A stretch of DNA of 64,000 nucleotides from Myxococcota bacterium (GCA_039028615.1 JBCCHT010000011.1:1-64000), one strand, 5' to 3'; shown: positions 29,532-39,690, counted from the stretch's first letter. Program-made: numbers and translations. The notes: generated from the sequence alone by a model not told the origin.

Positions 29532-31082
29532 ATGCCCATGTCGAGATTGAGCCTGATCGCATCGTTGACCCTGCTGTTGGCATGCGGAGACGACGGCTCA
29601 TCCGGCTCGGGCGCGGCCACCGAAGGCAACGACGGCAGCGGCACCAGCACCGCAGGCGCGGATTCGACCGGCGAGCCCCTGCCCGTGCCCGTGGGCTCCA
29701 TCGGCGAGCTACTCATCCCCTTCGACACCGACACTCAAGACGTCGAAGGCCCCGCCTCGTGGGCCACGCAGTACGGCAAGTCGCCCGAGATCATCGCCAC
29801 CGCCCACGGCACCACCATCGACGTGCTCGTGCAGGACTACACCGCGGGTCCGACCGGCAAGGCCTACTTGCTGCGCCTCGAGCCGCTCAACTTCGACTAC
29901 GTCATCACCTCGGTCATCGAGCCGCCCATGCTCGACCGCGTGATGGGCTTGGCGCGGGACCTCAACGACAACCTCTACGTCGCCAGCGGCGCCGCCGAGG
30001 CCGAGCAGATCACGCTCCAGTACCCCGCCCCCGGCGAACACCGCAGTGGCGTCGTGCGCGTGGTCAAGCTGTCCAGCGACGGCGAGATCCAGTTCGACAC
30101 CGACGTCGACCTCGCCCGCGAGGCGACCGGCGAAGGGCCCGAGCTGGTCATCAACCCCATGGTCGCCGCCACCTCGCGGCTCGCCATGGGGCCGGGCTCC
30201 GTCGCGCTGCTGCACGGGATCAACACCGACCCCGATGGCGACGGCGTGCGCCACCAAAAAGCGCTCACCACCCACTTCCAATCCCTGACCGGCGAGGTCA
30301 CCCGCACCTCCTCGATCTGGGTGAGCCACTCCTTCGACCAGCGCATGTTCCACGACGGCACCGGCTTCCTCGAGATGCACCTGGGCGATGCCTTCCCGCG
30401 GGACATCGCCTTCGCCCGCGTCGACCCGGACAGCGGCTCCTACCCCCTGCTGTCGATCAAGGGCGCCACCGGGGCCAACAATACCTTCACCCGCCTGGGC
30501 GACGCCGCCGTCATCGACAACGACCCGACCTACGGCTACATCGCCTTGTTCTCCACCGAGGTCACCACCGGGACCGAGCCCCTCAATCCCGACCAGGGCA
30601 CCGTGGCGGGCTCGCGCGACCTCGGCATCGTGCGAGTGCGTCGCGACTTCGAGAACACCGACGGCGGCAGCGGAGCGCACATCGACCCCGGCCTGCCCCA
30701 CAGCTTCACCGTCCAGTCCGGCGACGCCCAGCGGACCAACCGGCTGCGTTGGCTGACCAGCTACCAAGAAGATTCGGGGGGCCTCGCCCACGCCGAGCGA
30801 CCCAAGCTCGTGCCGCTCGGCAACGACACCTACGTCGTCCTCTGGGAGCACTGGAGCACCACCAGCACCTTCGACGGCACCTGGGGCATGGTCATCGACG
30901 CCAGCGGTGGCACGCTGGTCGAGGCCCGCAAGCTCAACGACGCCCACATGTCTCGCGGCGACGATGCCTTCGGCCTCAACGGAGAAGCCGCGTGGCTCAC
31001 CGGGCACAACACCACCGCGCCGCAGCTACACCTGCACGTCGTGGACGCGGATCTGACCTACCGGATGATCATCGTCGACTGA
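29532..31082 (+). CDS. Hypothetical lipoprotein
   Basis: Lipobox LLLAC-GDD, G/S/T linker, 516 aa, strong GC3 bias. Confidence 0.82.
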   Translation: MPMSRLSLIASLTLLLACGDDGSSGSGAATEGNDGSGTSTAGADSTGEPLPVPVGSIGELLIPFDTDTQDVEGPASWATQYGKSPEIIATAHGTTIDVLVQDYTAGPTGKAYLLRLEPLNFDYVITSVIEPPMLDRVMGLARDLNDNLYVASGAAEAEQITLQYPAPGEHRSGVVRVVKLSSDGEIQFDTDVDLAREATGEGPELVINPMVAATSRLAMGPGSVALLHGINTDPDGDGVRHQKALTTHFQSLTGEVTRTSSIWVSHSFDQRMFHDGTGFLEMHLGDAFPRDIAFARVDPDSGSYPLLSIKGATGANNTFTRLGDAAVIDNDPTYGYIALFSTEVTTGTEPLNPDQGTVAGSRDLGIVRVRRDFENTDGGSGAHIDPGLPHSFTVQSGDAQRTNRLRWLTSYQEDSGGLAHAERPKLVPLGNDTYVVLWEHWSTTSTFDGTWGMVIDASGGTLVEARKLNDAHMSRGDDAFGLNGEAAWLTGHNTTAPQLHLHVVDADLTYRMIIVD

Positions 31083-31195
31083 GCGTCGAGCGATCGCGTA
31101 TCGGGGCAGGCCGGGGCGACCCGCCGCCCCTCACGCCTGAGTGCGACAGCTGGCTACGCATGCGTTGCGGAGACCATCGCTCCGTATGTGGTGGC

Positions 31196-31408
31196 TCAGC
31201 CTCGTGCCGCCTTGTGCCAAAGCATGACCGCACAGACCACCAAGACCGCTTCTGCCACGAGCATGACGGGGTCCATGTTCCGCAGCAGTACCCAACCATC
31301 CAGCACGGCAGCGATAGTGACGAGAGACGCGACGACGACGTCCTTCGAGCTACGGAGCCCCACCCACGGAGCGTAGCGGGTTGGGAGACTGGGCTCAATC
31401 GGGCCCAC
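31196..31408 (-). CDS. Possible small two-TM membrane protein
   Basis: GTG start with weak GAGG; two hydrophobic helices; lies in an otherwise empty gap. Confidence 0.3.
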   Translation of the reverse strand: MGPIEPSLPTRYAPWVGLRSSKDVVVASLVTIAAVLDGWVLLRNMDPVMLVAEAVLVVCAVMLWHKAARG

Positions 31409-31670
31409 CGAGGCCTCGTCCAGCGGGCGGCCTTCGTGCCGAACAACTGAGCGAACTCGCGAAGCCAATCGGCAGTGGTACGCTCGTGCCAAGCAAGGAC
31501 CACGACATCGGTCAGTGCCGTAGCCGGCCGCGCAGCAGATTGACAGACTGCACTGTGCCCCGGACGGACCACCCGAGAGCGGAGCACGGCAAGCTTTGGA
31601 TCCCACAGCAATCGCAAGGACCTCTACCCGAGCCGACCTCGTTCGAGCCCCCCTTCGCCATGGCTTCGGC

Positions 31671-32663
31671 ATGCGCGCTTCGATCTCTGTCGTTTGTCTG
31701 TGCGGCGCACTGGCCTGCCGGCCTGCCGCGCCGACCAAGGGCCCGGCTCCCACGCTCGCCAGCGATCCGGTGTCGACGCCTGCGCCTGTGCCCGAGCCCG
31801 AACCGGAGCCCGAGCCAACCCCGCCGCCGCGCGCGGACAGCTACACCCGCTTGCTCCCGCCCTCGATCCAGATCGTGCTCGGAGCGGACATCAGGGGGCT
31901 CCAGCACACGAAGACCTGGAACGAAGCCAAGGAGGACTTCACGGCCGCCGCGTCGGAGTACTTGGAGGCCTTCGAGACCTGCAACCTCGGGCCCGAGACC
32001 TGGAACGCGGCGCTGGTCGGGTTCAGCGAGAGCGACGGACCCGACCCCACTTTGGTGATGGTGCTGTCCGCGACGGGCGTGGGCACCCCCGAGACCATGG
32101 CGTGCTTCGCCACCGAGAACTCGAAGCGCGAGGACACCGACTGGAAGCCCAGCCCCGACGGCTTCGGCTACGTCGGGAAGAACGCGGCCATGCTCCCCGT
32201 CGATCCGAACGCGATGGCCGTGGTCAGCCCCGACGTGGCGGAACAGGTCCGCGCCCGCATCGAGCAGGGCGGCCCGTCGGCGCTCGAGGGTCCGCTGCGC
32301 ATCGCGGCGACGCGCATCGACACGAGCCAGCACCTGTGGGTGGTGGGCGTGCCCCCCGAGGAAACGGAGCTCACCACGGGCGTCTTGCTGCGGAACTTCT
32401 CGGCCTCGGTCGATCTCACCTACGGCATCCGGTACTTCGTCGCGCTCGGCGTGGACGACCCGGGTGCCGCGAACACGACGCGGGATTTCTTCACCAGTCA
32501 ATTGGACGGCATCGCCGGAATGACCACGGGCCTGGGCGTCCCGCCCGAGGTGATGGAGCGCGTCGAGATCAGCGTGATGGGCAACGCGACCACGATCAGC
32601 GGCATGGCCACCGCGGACGAGCTCGAGCAGATTCAGCAGGCCATCGAGGCGATGGACCTCTAG
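31671..32663 (+). CDS. Hypothetical lipoprotein
   Basis: Lipobox GALAC, PEPE linker. Confidence 0.8.
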   Translation: MRASISVVCLCGALACRPAAPTKGPAPTLASDPVSTPAPVPEPEPEPEPTPPPRADSYTRLLPPSIQIVLGADIRGLQHTKTWNEAKEDFTAAASEYLEAFETCNLGPETWNAALVGFSESDGPDPTLVMVLSATGVGTPETMACFATENSKREDTDWKPSPDGFGYVGKNAAMLPVDPNAMAVVSPDVAEQVRARIEQGGPSALEGPLRIAATRIDTSQHLWVVGVPPEETELTTGVLLRNFSASVDLTYGIRYFVALGVDDPGAANTTRDFFTSQLDGIAGMTTGLGVPPEVMERVEISVMGNATTISGMATADELEQIQQAIEAMDL

Positions 32664-32711
32664 GGCAGGCGGCGTAACCGCGATGTCCCCCGCAACGTCG
32701 AACGGATTGGC

Positions 32712-33902
32712 ATGAGCGCATACGCCATCACCGTGTGGGGGGCCTACGGGGCCCTCGTCCTCGCCGCCTTCGCCCGTAACCGGGTCTTTGGCGTCTTCGC
32801 CGTCGTCATCCTGTCGTTCCCCGCGGCGGTGGGCCTGGCGCTGCAGGACTCGCTCGGGTGGCTGGGCGACGCGATGCCCTTCTTCCAGCTGGCCACCGCC
32901 ATCCAGATCGGCTCCATCATGTGGAAGCCGCGCATGAAGGGGTGGCCGTGGCGCCTGCTCGTGAGCTGGCCCGCCTACTGGTTCATCTCGGCCACGTTCC
33001 TCGCGTTTCCCTGGGCGATTGCCGCCGCGTTCGGCCTGACCCCCTACGGCGCGTTCATCCCCTTCGCGCTATCGGCGGGCGGCCTGGTGCAGTCGCTGTG
33101 GACACGCGAAGAGACGGTCGACCTGCGCCTTCGCCCCGAGCGCAACGCGGGCGAGCTGCGCCGCTTCACCGAGGGCCGCGGCGCGCCCGTCGACGCGGAC
33201 GACACCACGCCGCTGACCATCGTGCAGATCACCGACCCACACCTGGGTCCGTTCATGTCCGTCGAGCGTCTGCGCCGGATCTGCGAGCGCGCCGTCGCCC
33301 GCGAGCCCGACCTCATCCTCATCACGGGCGACCTCATGACCATGGAGTCCCACGACCTCGAGACGGTCGCCCGCGCCATCGAACCGCTACGCGCCTACGA
33401 AGGCCGCGTCTTCGCCTGCCACGGCAACCACGACCACGAGGCCCGCGAGGTCGTCCGCCTCGCCTACGAGCGGACCGGCGTGCGACTGCTCGTCGACGAG
33501 GCGGCCACCGTCACCACCGCAGCGGGGCGGGTGCAGATCGTCGGGCTCGACTTCGTGTGGGGCCGGGCTCGGGCCGCGCACATGCAGGCCGTCTGCGACG
33601 CCTACCCGCGCCAGCCCGGGGTCAAGCGCCTGCTGCTGCTGCACGACCCGGGCGCGTTCAAGCACCTGCCCGAGGGTGAGTCCGACCTCGTACTCAGCGG
33701 CCACACCCACGGCGGCCAGGTCGGCCTGCTGTCCTTCGGCAGCCCCGCCACCTTCCTGTCGCTGTTCACCAAGATGCCCGACCACGGCGCCTGGGCCCGC
33801 GGCCACGACCGCATGTACATCCATCGCGCCCAGGGTCACTACGGCTTCCCCATTCGGTTGGGCGTGCCCGCCGAGCAGAGCCTGCTGCGCGTGTGGAGCT
33901 GA
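32712..33902 (+). CDS. Membrane-bound metallophosphoesterase (YkuE-like)
   Basis: N-terminal TMs; DPHLG, TGD, GNHD, HDP, SGHTHGGQ. Confidence 0.92.
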   Translation: MSAYAITVWGAYGALVLAAFARNRVFGVFAVVILSFPAAVGLALQDSLGWLGDAMPFFQLATAIQIGSIMWKPRMKGWPWRLLVSWPAYWFISATFLAFPWAIAAAFGLTPYGAFIPFALSAGGLVQSLWTREETVDLRLRPERNAGELRRFTEGRGAPVDADDTTPLTIVQITDPHLGPFMSVERLRRICERAVAREPDLILITGDLMTMESHDLETVARAIEPLRAYEGRVFACHGNHDHEAREVVRLAYERTGVRLLVDEAATVTTAAGRVQIVGLDFVWGRARAAHMQAVCDAYPRQPGVKRLLLLHDPGAFKHLPEGESDLVLSGHTHGGQVGLLSFGSPATFLSLFTKMPDHGAWARGHDRMYIHRAQGHYGFPIRLGVPAEQSLLRVWS

Positions 33903-33956
33903 GCCCGCAAGCCCGGGGTGTGGCATGGCCGCGGCGGCTGTTAGCCTGTCGCCGCC

Positions 33957-34877
33957 ATGCCTGCTCGCCTGTGCCACATCGCCTGCCTCGCCACGCTGCT
34001 CGGCCTCGCGTGCAAGCCCCCCGGGACCCCGACCGAGCCCACCGAAGAGCCGCTGCCGCAACCCGTGCCTGCCCCCGCTCTCGACACGGCAGAAGTGCCC
34101 GAGACCACCAACACGGGCATCCTCGACGAGGCCGACTTCGCCGCGCTGCACCAGCTCACCGACGACAAAGCGCCGCTGCCCCGCGGTGAAGAGCTCGAGC
34201 TGGCGGGCGCTCGCGTGTACCTGTCGCTGCCCGCCGAGGCCACCGCGCCGCTGCCCGCCGTCGTGGTGATTCACGAGTGGTGGGGGCTCAACGAGCACAT
34301 CAAGCACTGGACCGATCGCCTCGCCGAAGATGGCTACGCCGCGCTGGCCGTCGACCTGTACGGAGGCCAAGTCGCCACCGATCGCGAGACCGCGCTGGCC
34401 CTGATGAAGGGCGTCGACGAAGCCCGGGCCCAGGAGATCCTCGCCGCCGCCCACCAGTTCCTCGCCGACGACGGCCGCGTGAAGGCGGACAAGCGCGGCG
34501 TCGTGGGCTGGTGCTTCGGCGGTGGCTGGTCGCTGCAGCACGCCCTCAGCCACCCGGACCTCGATGCCGCCGTCATCTACTACGGACGTCTCGAGACGGA
34601 CCCCAAGGTGCTCGGCACGATCAACGCCCCGGTGATGGGTGTGTTCGGCAACCAGGACGCCGGCATCCCGCCCGCTGCCGTCGATGCCTTCGCCGACGGG
34701 ATGAAGGACGCGGGCAAGTCGCTCACCGTGCACCGCTACGACGCCCAGCACGCCTTCGCGAACCCCTCGAGCGGTCGCTACAACCCCGAAGCCGCCGAGG
34801 ACGCCTGGGGCCACGCGCGGGCGTTCTTCTCCGAGCACCTCAAGGGCGAGTCCGGCGGCAGCGACACCGAGGAGTAA
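33957..34877 (+). CDS. Dienelactone hydrolase family lipoprotein
   Basis: IHEWWGLN, GWCFGG nucleophile motif, HAFAN; lipobox GLAC. Confidence 0.92.
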   Translation: MPARLCHIACLATLLGLACKPPGTPTEPTEEPLPQPVPAPALDTAEVPETTNTGILDEADFAALHQLTDDKAPLPRGEELELAGARVYLSLPAEATAPLPAVVVIHEWWGLNEHIKHWTDRLAEDGYAALAVDLYGGQVATDRETALALMKGVDEARAQEILAAAHQFLADDGRVKADKRGVVGWCFGGGWSLQHALSHPDLDAAVIYYGRLETDPKVLGTINAPVMGVFGNQDAGIPPAAVDAFADGMKDAGKSLTVHRYDAQHAFANPSSGRYNPEAAEDAWGHARAFFSEHLKGESGGSDTEE

Positions 34878-34972
34878 AACGAACGAATTGACCGATTTCG
34901 GTCATCGAGTTCAAAAATCGTGTTCCGAGGGGTTTCGCGGGCTCGCAGGGGACTTACCGTAGGCCCACGACC

Positions 34973-35602
34973 ATGAACCGCTGGGCACTGCTTCGGGAGA
35001 TCCGCACCGCAATGAACGAGCCGCATCGCATCGGCGACGTGGCCGCCTACAAGGGCGAGCTGGGCAAGGCCCGGGCGCGGCCCGAGGTGGAAGCGCAGCT
35101 CGACGCGGTCCGTGGCTATCACCCGCCGATCGATCTGGCCGCGCTGGCGCAGCTGCCCGCGGGAAGCTTCGGCCACGAGTACGCCCGCTTCATGACCACG
35201 CATCGGCTGCATCCCATCGTGCCCACCGCCGCCGTCGATGCGGCGATCGTCGCCAGAAACGCCTTCACGGTGCGCTACGCGGCGATCCACGACATGGTGC
35301 ACGTGCTCACCGGGTTCGACACCACGTGGCCGGGCGAGGCGGGGGTGTGGGCCTTCGTCGGCGGTCAGAACTACAGCCTCGGCTTTCGCATCGCCGCCGT
35401 GTTCTCGCTGTTGGTCGCGCCGTTTCGTTCGCCGCTTCGCATCCTCACCGCGTGGCGGAACTGGCGGCGCGGTTGGGCGATGGGGCGCACGGCGACGACC
35501 GTCCTGCCCCTGCGGCTCGAGGAGCGCTTCGAGCAGCCGCTCGCCGACGTCCGGGCCGCCCTCGGGATCGAGGGCGCCACCGCCGGCTATCTCCCCGCCT
35601 GA
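34973..35602 (+). CDS. Coq4-family protein
   Basis: 'LAQLPAGSFGHEYARFM' and HDMVHVLTGF..T..GE (HDxxH-x11-E). Confidence 0.85.
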   Translation: MNRWALLREIRTAMNEPHRIGDVAAYKGELGKARARPEVEAQLDAVRGYHPPIDLAALAQLPAGSFGHEYARFMTTHRLHPIVPTAAVDAAIVARNAFTVRYAAIHDMVHVLTGFDTTWPGEAGVWAFVGGQNYSLGFRIAAVFSLLVAPFRSPLRILTAWRNWRRGWAMGRTATTVLPLRLEERFEQPLADVRAALGIEGATAGYLPA

Positions 35603-35679
35603 GCCCTCTCAGGCGGTTTTGGTGCCCGCCGAAGGCAAAGTCGGGACGGTTTGTCTCGACTGAAGACCGGACACCACGC

Positions 35680-35715
35680 TGGACATCAGTCGGACAATTG
35701 TCATACTCGATGACA
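35680..35715 (+). promoter_or_regulatory. Promoter with overlapping palindromic operator, probably leaderless
   Basis: TGGACA (35680-85), 16 bp spacer, extended -10 TG-t-CATACT (35699-707). Palindrome GACAATTGTC (35693-702) and inverted repeat TGTCAT-N5-ATGACA (35699-715). Confidence 0.55.
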
Positions 35716-36017
35716 TGCCTTCCGCCGCGGAAGTCCTGGCCTTGCGCCAGCGCCTACGCATGAATCGGACCGAGTTCGCGCGCCTTTGCGGGGTCGATGC
35801 CCGCACGGTGTCACGATGGGAAACCGAGGGAGGGCCCAGGCCCACGGGGGCCGCAGCCGCGGTGATGACTGCGATCGGCGAAAAGCTGGACGCCGATCCC
35901 AGCAACGCCAAACGCGTGATCAAATTCTTGGGTACGGCCGCGGCGGTTGGAGGGCTCGCCTACGTCTTGCTCAAGTTGCTCGGAAAACTCAACTCCAGCG
36001 CAGACGAACAATCATGA
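35715..36017 (+). CDS. XRE-family HTH protein with hydrophobic C-terminal helix
   Basis: 'LRQRLRMNRTEFARLCGVDARTVSRWE'. Confidence 0.85.
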   Translation: MPSAAEVLALRQRLRMNRTEFARLCGVDARTVSRWETEGGPRPTGAAAAVMTAIGEKLDADPSNAKRVIKFLGTAAAVGGLAYVLLKLLGKLNSSADEQS

Positions 36018-36256
36018 TGAACAAGACCCAATGCCCTCACTGCGACCACGAGGTCGCGATCCACAGCTCTTTGCCCCGCATGGGTGCCGTCCTCGGTGCC
36101 GCGGTCGGTGCTGCGTCTCGGCGTGGCCTCGGGCTGGGTGGGCTCGTACGCGGTGCCGCCATCGGCGGCGGGGTGGCGTACGTGCTGGAGCGCATGATCG
36201 GCAAGCACTGTCCGTCGTGTCACGGCACGATGGACAAGCCGCAAGCGCAGAGCTGA
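36014..36256 (+). CDS. Small protein: split Zn-ribbon (CPHC...CPSC) flanking a glycine zipper
   Basis: 80 aa; GxxxG repeats between two CxxC motifs; ATGA overlap with the XRE gene. Confidence 0.75.
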   Translation: MMNKTQCPHCDHEVAIHSSLPRMGAVLGAAVGAASRRGLGLGGLVRGAAIGGGVAYVLERMIGKHCPSCHGTMDKPQAQS

Positions 36257-36267
36257 AACGATCGCAG

Positions 36268-36298
36268 CCCTGCGGCACACCCTTTGCGTGCCGCAGGG
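36268..36298 (+). terminator. Hairpin terminator after the XRE operon
   Basis: Perfect 11-bp stem ccctgcggcac / gtgccgcaggg. Confidence 0.6.
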
Positions 36299-36405
36299 AT
36301 TCGACCGCTCCCCGCCCCTTTCAACCCATCCGTGGGCCGCCCATGGAGCCAGCCGAGCTTCGAGTCTCGCTCTGATGATGGGAACGCAATACACTGCTCG
36401 TCTAC

Positions 36406-36795
36406 ATGAGCCGTGGCTTCGTCATCGCCCTCACCACGCTGATCCTCGGCGTCGGGATCATGTACCTGGTCGACCCCGCGGGCTCGATGGAAATCGCGGA
36501 GATCGACATCACGTCCGCGCCGGGGCGCACGGAGATTCGTGGCATGTACGGCGGGCTTCACCTCGCCCTGGGGCTGTTCATGCTGGCCCGTGTACGCGCA
36601 CGCCCACGCGAACTGGCCCACGCGCTGCAGTTGGCGGGGTTGGTGTTCGGCTGTGTCGCGTTCGGGCGTGTGCTGGGCTTCGCCGTCGATGGCGAGGCCG
36701 ACCTCTACAACATGGTCGTGACGGCGATCGAGACCGCGATCTCGTCGCTGTCTTGGGTGCTGTGGCGGCGCGCGAAGGACTCGCGCGAGGCATGA
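36406..36795 (+). CDS. DUF4345-like membrane protein
   Basis: Four TMs, 'TEIRGMYGGL', 'GRVLGFAVDG'. Confidence 0.8.
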   Translation: MSRGFVIALTTLILGVGIMYLVDPAGSMEIAEIDITSAPGRTEIRGMYGGLHLALGLFMLARVRARPRELAHALQLAGLVFGCVAFGRVLGFAVDGEADLYNMVVTAIETAISSLSWVLWRRAKDSREA

Positions 36796-36819
36796 CCCGT
36801 CGGGCCCGCTTTTCGGTGA

Positions 36820-37983
36820 TCAGTGCGCCGCCGGGGTGACGTCGCACCGAGCCAGCCACCCGCGTAGCCGCGTGAGCTCGGGGTCTTGCTCGGGACGTAC
36901 GGGCTCCAAGATCGCCAGCGCTTCATCGAAGCTCTCACGCGCGGCCGCGAACTCTCCCAGCTCGACCAACGCAGCCCCCACATGACCGTGATCGGCCGCC
37001 GTGGTGGCGTGCTCGGGGCCGAGCACCACGATATCGATCGCCAGCGCTTGCCGATGAGCGTCGAGCGACTCCTCCCACCGCCCCATGCGACCGAGCGCGA
37101 CGCCGAGGTTGGTGAGGCTCGCGGCCGTGGCCGGATGCTCGGGACCCAGCGCGGCGGTGCGCACATCGACCGCCCGCTCGAGGTAGTCGATCGCCTCTTC
37201 GAAGTGCTCGCGCTCGGCCTCGATGACCCCGAGCGCGTTGAGAGACGCGCCCACCGAGCCATGCGACGGACCGAGCACTTCGCTCATGACCCGATGGCCC
37301 GAGACCGCGGCATCGTAGGCCGCATCGGCTTCGCCCTGGGCCAGCAGCGCGAGCGAGAGATTGTGATAGGCGGCCCCGCGCACGGAGTCCTCGGTGGCGT
37401 GCTCGAGCACCCAACGCAGATGCAGGATGGCGCCCGCCGGGTCGCCCTGCTCGTAGTGCAGTAGACCCAGGTTGACCTTGGCCAAGGGGGTGACCGCGGT
37501 GCGCCGCCGCCCCTGGGCATCGCGACGCAGCGCTTCGCCGTAATCTTCGCGAGCCTGGTCCTCGTGCCCGGCCATGTGACGCCGTCGGGCCTCGAGGTGA
37601 ACACGTGCGGCGGACGACAGCAGCAGGCCATCGGCCAGATCGCGCTCGACCTGGAGGTCACGCTCGCACGCTCGCTCGGCCAGCTCCCACGACCCTTGGG
37701 CGGCGACGACCCCCGGCAGATCGCAGTGACCCGTCTGCCGCGCGAGGGCATCGGACTCGTCGTCGAGCTCGGGCAAGGTCACCGCGAGCACGAAGTCGCC
37801 CCCGGTCGCCTCGCTGCCCCCGCTCGCCTCGCTCGCTGTCGCCCCGGGGGGCACGGCGGCCGACATTGCCCCGGGGGTCGACGCGGTGGCGTGGGTGGGG
37901 GACATCGACGGGCGCGCAGCACAAGCGCTCAGGCAAACACTGCACGCGAGGCCCAAGAGGAACTCGCGAAGCTTCACGTTCAT
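36820..37983 (-). CDS. TPR-repeat lipoprotein (kinesin light chain-like repeats)
   Basis: Lipobox LSAC; repeated LGP.HP..A.SL.NLG. Confidence 0.88.
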   Translation of the reverse strand: MNVKLREFLLGLACSVCLSACAARPSMSPTHATASTPGAMSAAVPPGATASEASGGSEATGGDFVLAVTLPELDDESDALARQTGHCDLPGVVAAQGSWELAERACERDLQVERDLADGLLLSSAARVHLEARRRHMAGHEDQAREDYGEALRRDAQGRRRTAVTPLAKVNLGLLHYEQGDPAGAILHLRWVLEHATEDSVRGAAYHNLSLALLAQGEADAAYDAAVSGHRVMSEVLGPSHGSVGASLNALGVIEAEREHFEEAIDYLERAVDVRTAALGPEHPATAASLTNLGVALGRMGRWEESLDAHRQALAIDIVVLGPEHATTAADHGHVGAALVELGEFAAARESFDEALAILEPVRPEQDPELTRLRGWLARCDVTPAAH

Positions 37984-38069
37984 TGGCTACCGTGACCGCA
38001 GGGACTGCATTTCAGTGCCGTGCGGCCCGGGTTGGGTTTCGTGTCCGCCGAAAAACGGCGGAGCGCGCC

Positions 38070-39035
38070 CTACAGCGAGTCGACGCAGTCCAGCGCCGTC
38101 TGCGGTGCCGCCAAGGTGCGACACGGCCCGCTCAGCCCCAGCGTGGCCACGGGTAGCAGGAGGCCCGCCGTGTCCAGCGTGAACAACGAGCTGCCGCTGC
38201 ACAGGTAGAGCCCGTCGTCGTTGGGGTGCACGGCCAGGCCGGGATCGGTGACGTCCTCCGTCAGCGCCTCGATCGGCGTGGTCATCCCGCTGGTGATGTC
38301 GACGGAGTAGAGAAAGTCGTTGTCCCCCTCGACCGCATAGGGGGCCGAGATGGCGTCCGACCAGGCGACCGACGCGGTGCCGTACATGAAGCCGACGTAG
38401 CCGACGGTGGTGGCGAGACCCGTGGTGGCGTCGACCCGCACCACCGCATCGAGGGCGGGGTCGATGCCGACGAGCAAGCCCTCTTGGATCTCGGGCCCGA
38501 GCCCCAGAGTGATGGGTCCCAAAGAGGTCGGCCCGATGATCTGGAAGCTGCAGTTGCAGGGGTTGATCTCGTCGATGCGATTTTCCGCGGCGTTGTGACC
38601 GATGAGGGTGCCGTCGCGCAGGAACACGAGGCTGTCGTAGTTCACGGTGGGCGCGAGCTCGCAGACCTCGGTCGTGTCGCCACCCAGGCCGACTCGCATC
38701 AGCCGGGGCGGGTTGCTGCCGTTGTCGACGGTCAGCAGCCAGTCACCCGGGTCGCCCCCGCCCGCCGAGGTCTCGCCCGACTCGCTGCCGCTGTCGGCCG
38801 GGCCATCGTCGGTCGTCTCCATCCCGGTGGTGGAGGTGCTGGGGTCGGGCGTCGGGGTGCCCGTGGTGGGATCGTCGGTCGCCACCGCGTCGTCGTTCGT
38901 CGTGCCGCCGCTGGCCGTGGAGGTGCCACCGGAGTCCACCATGGCGGTGTCTCCCCCACCTTCTTCGTCGCCATTGCCGTTACAGGCGGTCGCAAGCAGC
39001 AGGAGCACGGACGAGGAGCAAGCCAAGGTACGCAT
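38070..39035 (-). CDS. Hypothetical lipoprotein (beta-propeller-like)
   Basis: Lipobox LATAC, T/G/D linker, repeated 'VD..TG..T' blades. Confidence 0.78.
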   Translation of the reverse strand: MRTLACSSSVLLLLATACNGNGDEEGGGDTAMVDSGGTSTASGGTTNDDAVATDDPTTGTPTPDPSTSTTGMETTDDGPADSGSESGETSAGGGDPGDWLLTVDNGSNPPRLMRVGLGGDTTEVCELAPTVNYDSLVFLRDGTLIGHNAAENRIDEINPCNCSFQIIGPTSLGPITLGLGPEIQEGLLVGIDPALDAVVRVDATTGLATTVGYVGFMYGTASVAWSDAISAPYAVEGDNDFLYSVDITSGMTTPIEALTEDVTDPGLAVHPNDDGLYLCSGSSLFTLDTAGLLLPVATLGLSGPCRTLAAPQTALDCVDSL

Positions 39036-39099
39036 CGAAGTCCCTGAATTGTCGAAGAGGATGGGACGCGCCGCAAGCTCGGTGCTATGGAAGGGCACG

Positions 39100-39690
39100 G
39101 TGCGCTCTGACCCGACCATACCCGCCGATCTCGGCGCACGGCTGCTGCCCATCGCGGGTCCGCTGCCCGAAGTGCCGCCAGACTTGCGCCTGGCCGCGGT
39201 CATCGCCCTGCTGATGCGCGATACGCCCGCGGGGGGTCCGGGGCTGCTGCTCATCGAGCGCTCCAGCTCGTTGCGCGCCCACGCGGGGCAGATCGCCTTT
39301 CCCGGGGGCAAGCCCGAACCCGAGGACGGCACCCTGCTCGACACCGCCCTCCGCGAGGCTCGCGAAGAGGTCGGCCTGCCCGAGTCCGGCACCACCGTGC
39401 TCGGTCGCCTGTGGCCCGTGCCCACGCCCACCGGGTTCCTCATCATTCCGTACGTGGGCTGGGCACCCGAGGGCTGGGTCCCGGAGGCCACCAGTCCCGA
39501 GGTCCATCACATCCTCACCCCCACCCTCGCCCTGCTCGCCGACCCGGCCATCCATCGGGTGACCCACCGCGGGATGTTGCGCGGGTTCGCCTACGAGCTG
39601 CACGAGTTCAAGGTGCACAAGCCGGCCATCTGGGGCGCGACCGCCAACATGGTGTGGGAGCTGCTGCTGCACCTGGACCTGCGGCCATGA
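39100..39690 (+). CDS. CoA pyrophosphatase (NudL-like Nudix hydrolase)
   Basis: RSSSLRAHAGQIAFPGG + Nudix box ALREAREEVGL; IWGATA. Confidence 0.9.
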   Translation: MRSDPTIPADLGARLLPIAGPLPEVPPDLRLAAVIALLMRDTPAGGPGLLLIERSSSLRAHAGQIAFPGGKPEPEDGTLLDTALREAREEVGLPESGTTVLGRLWPVPTPTGFLIIPYVGWAPEGWVPEATSPEVHHILTPTLALLADPAIHRVTHRGMLRGFAYELHEFKVHKPAIWGATANMVWELLLHLDLRP

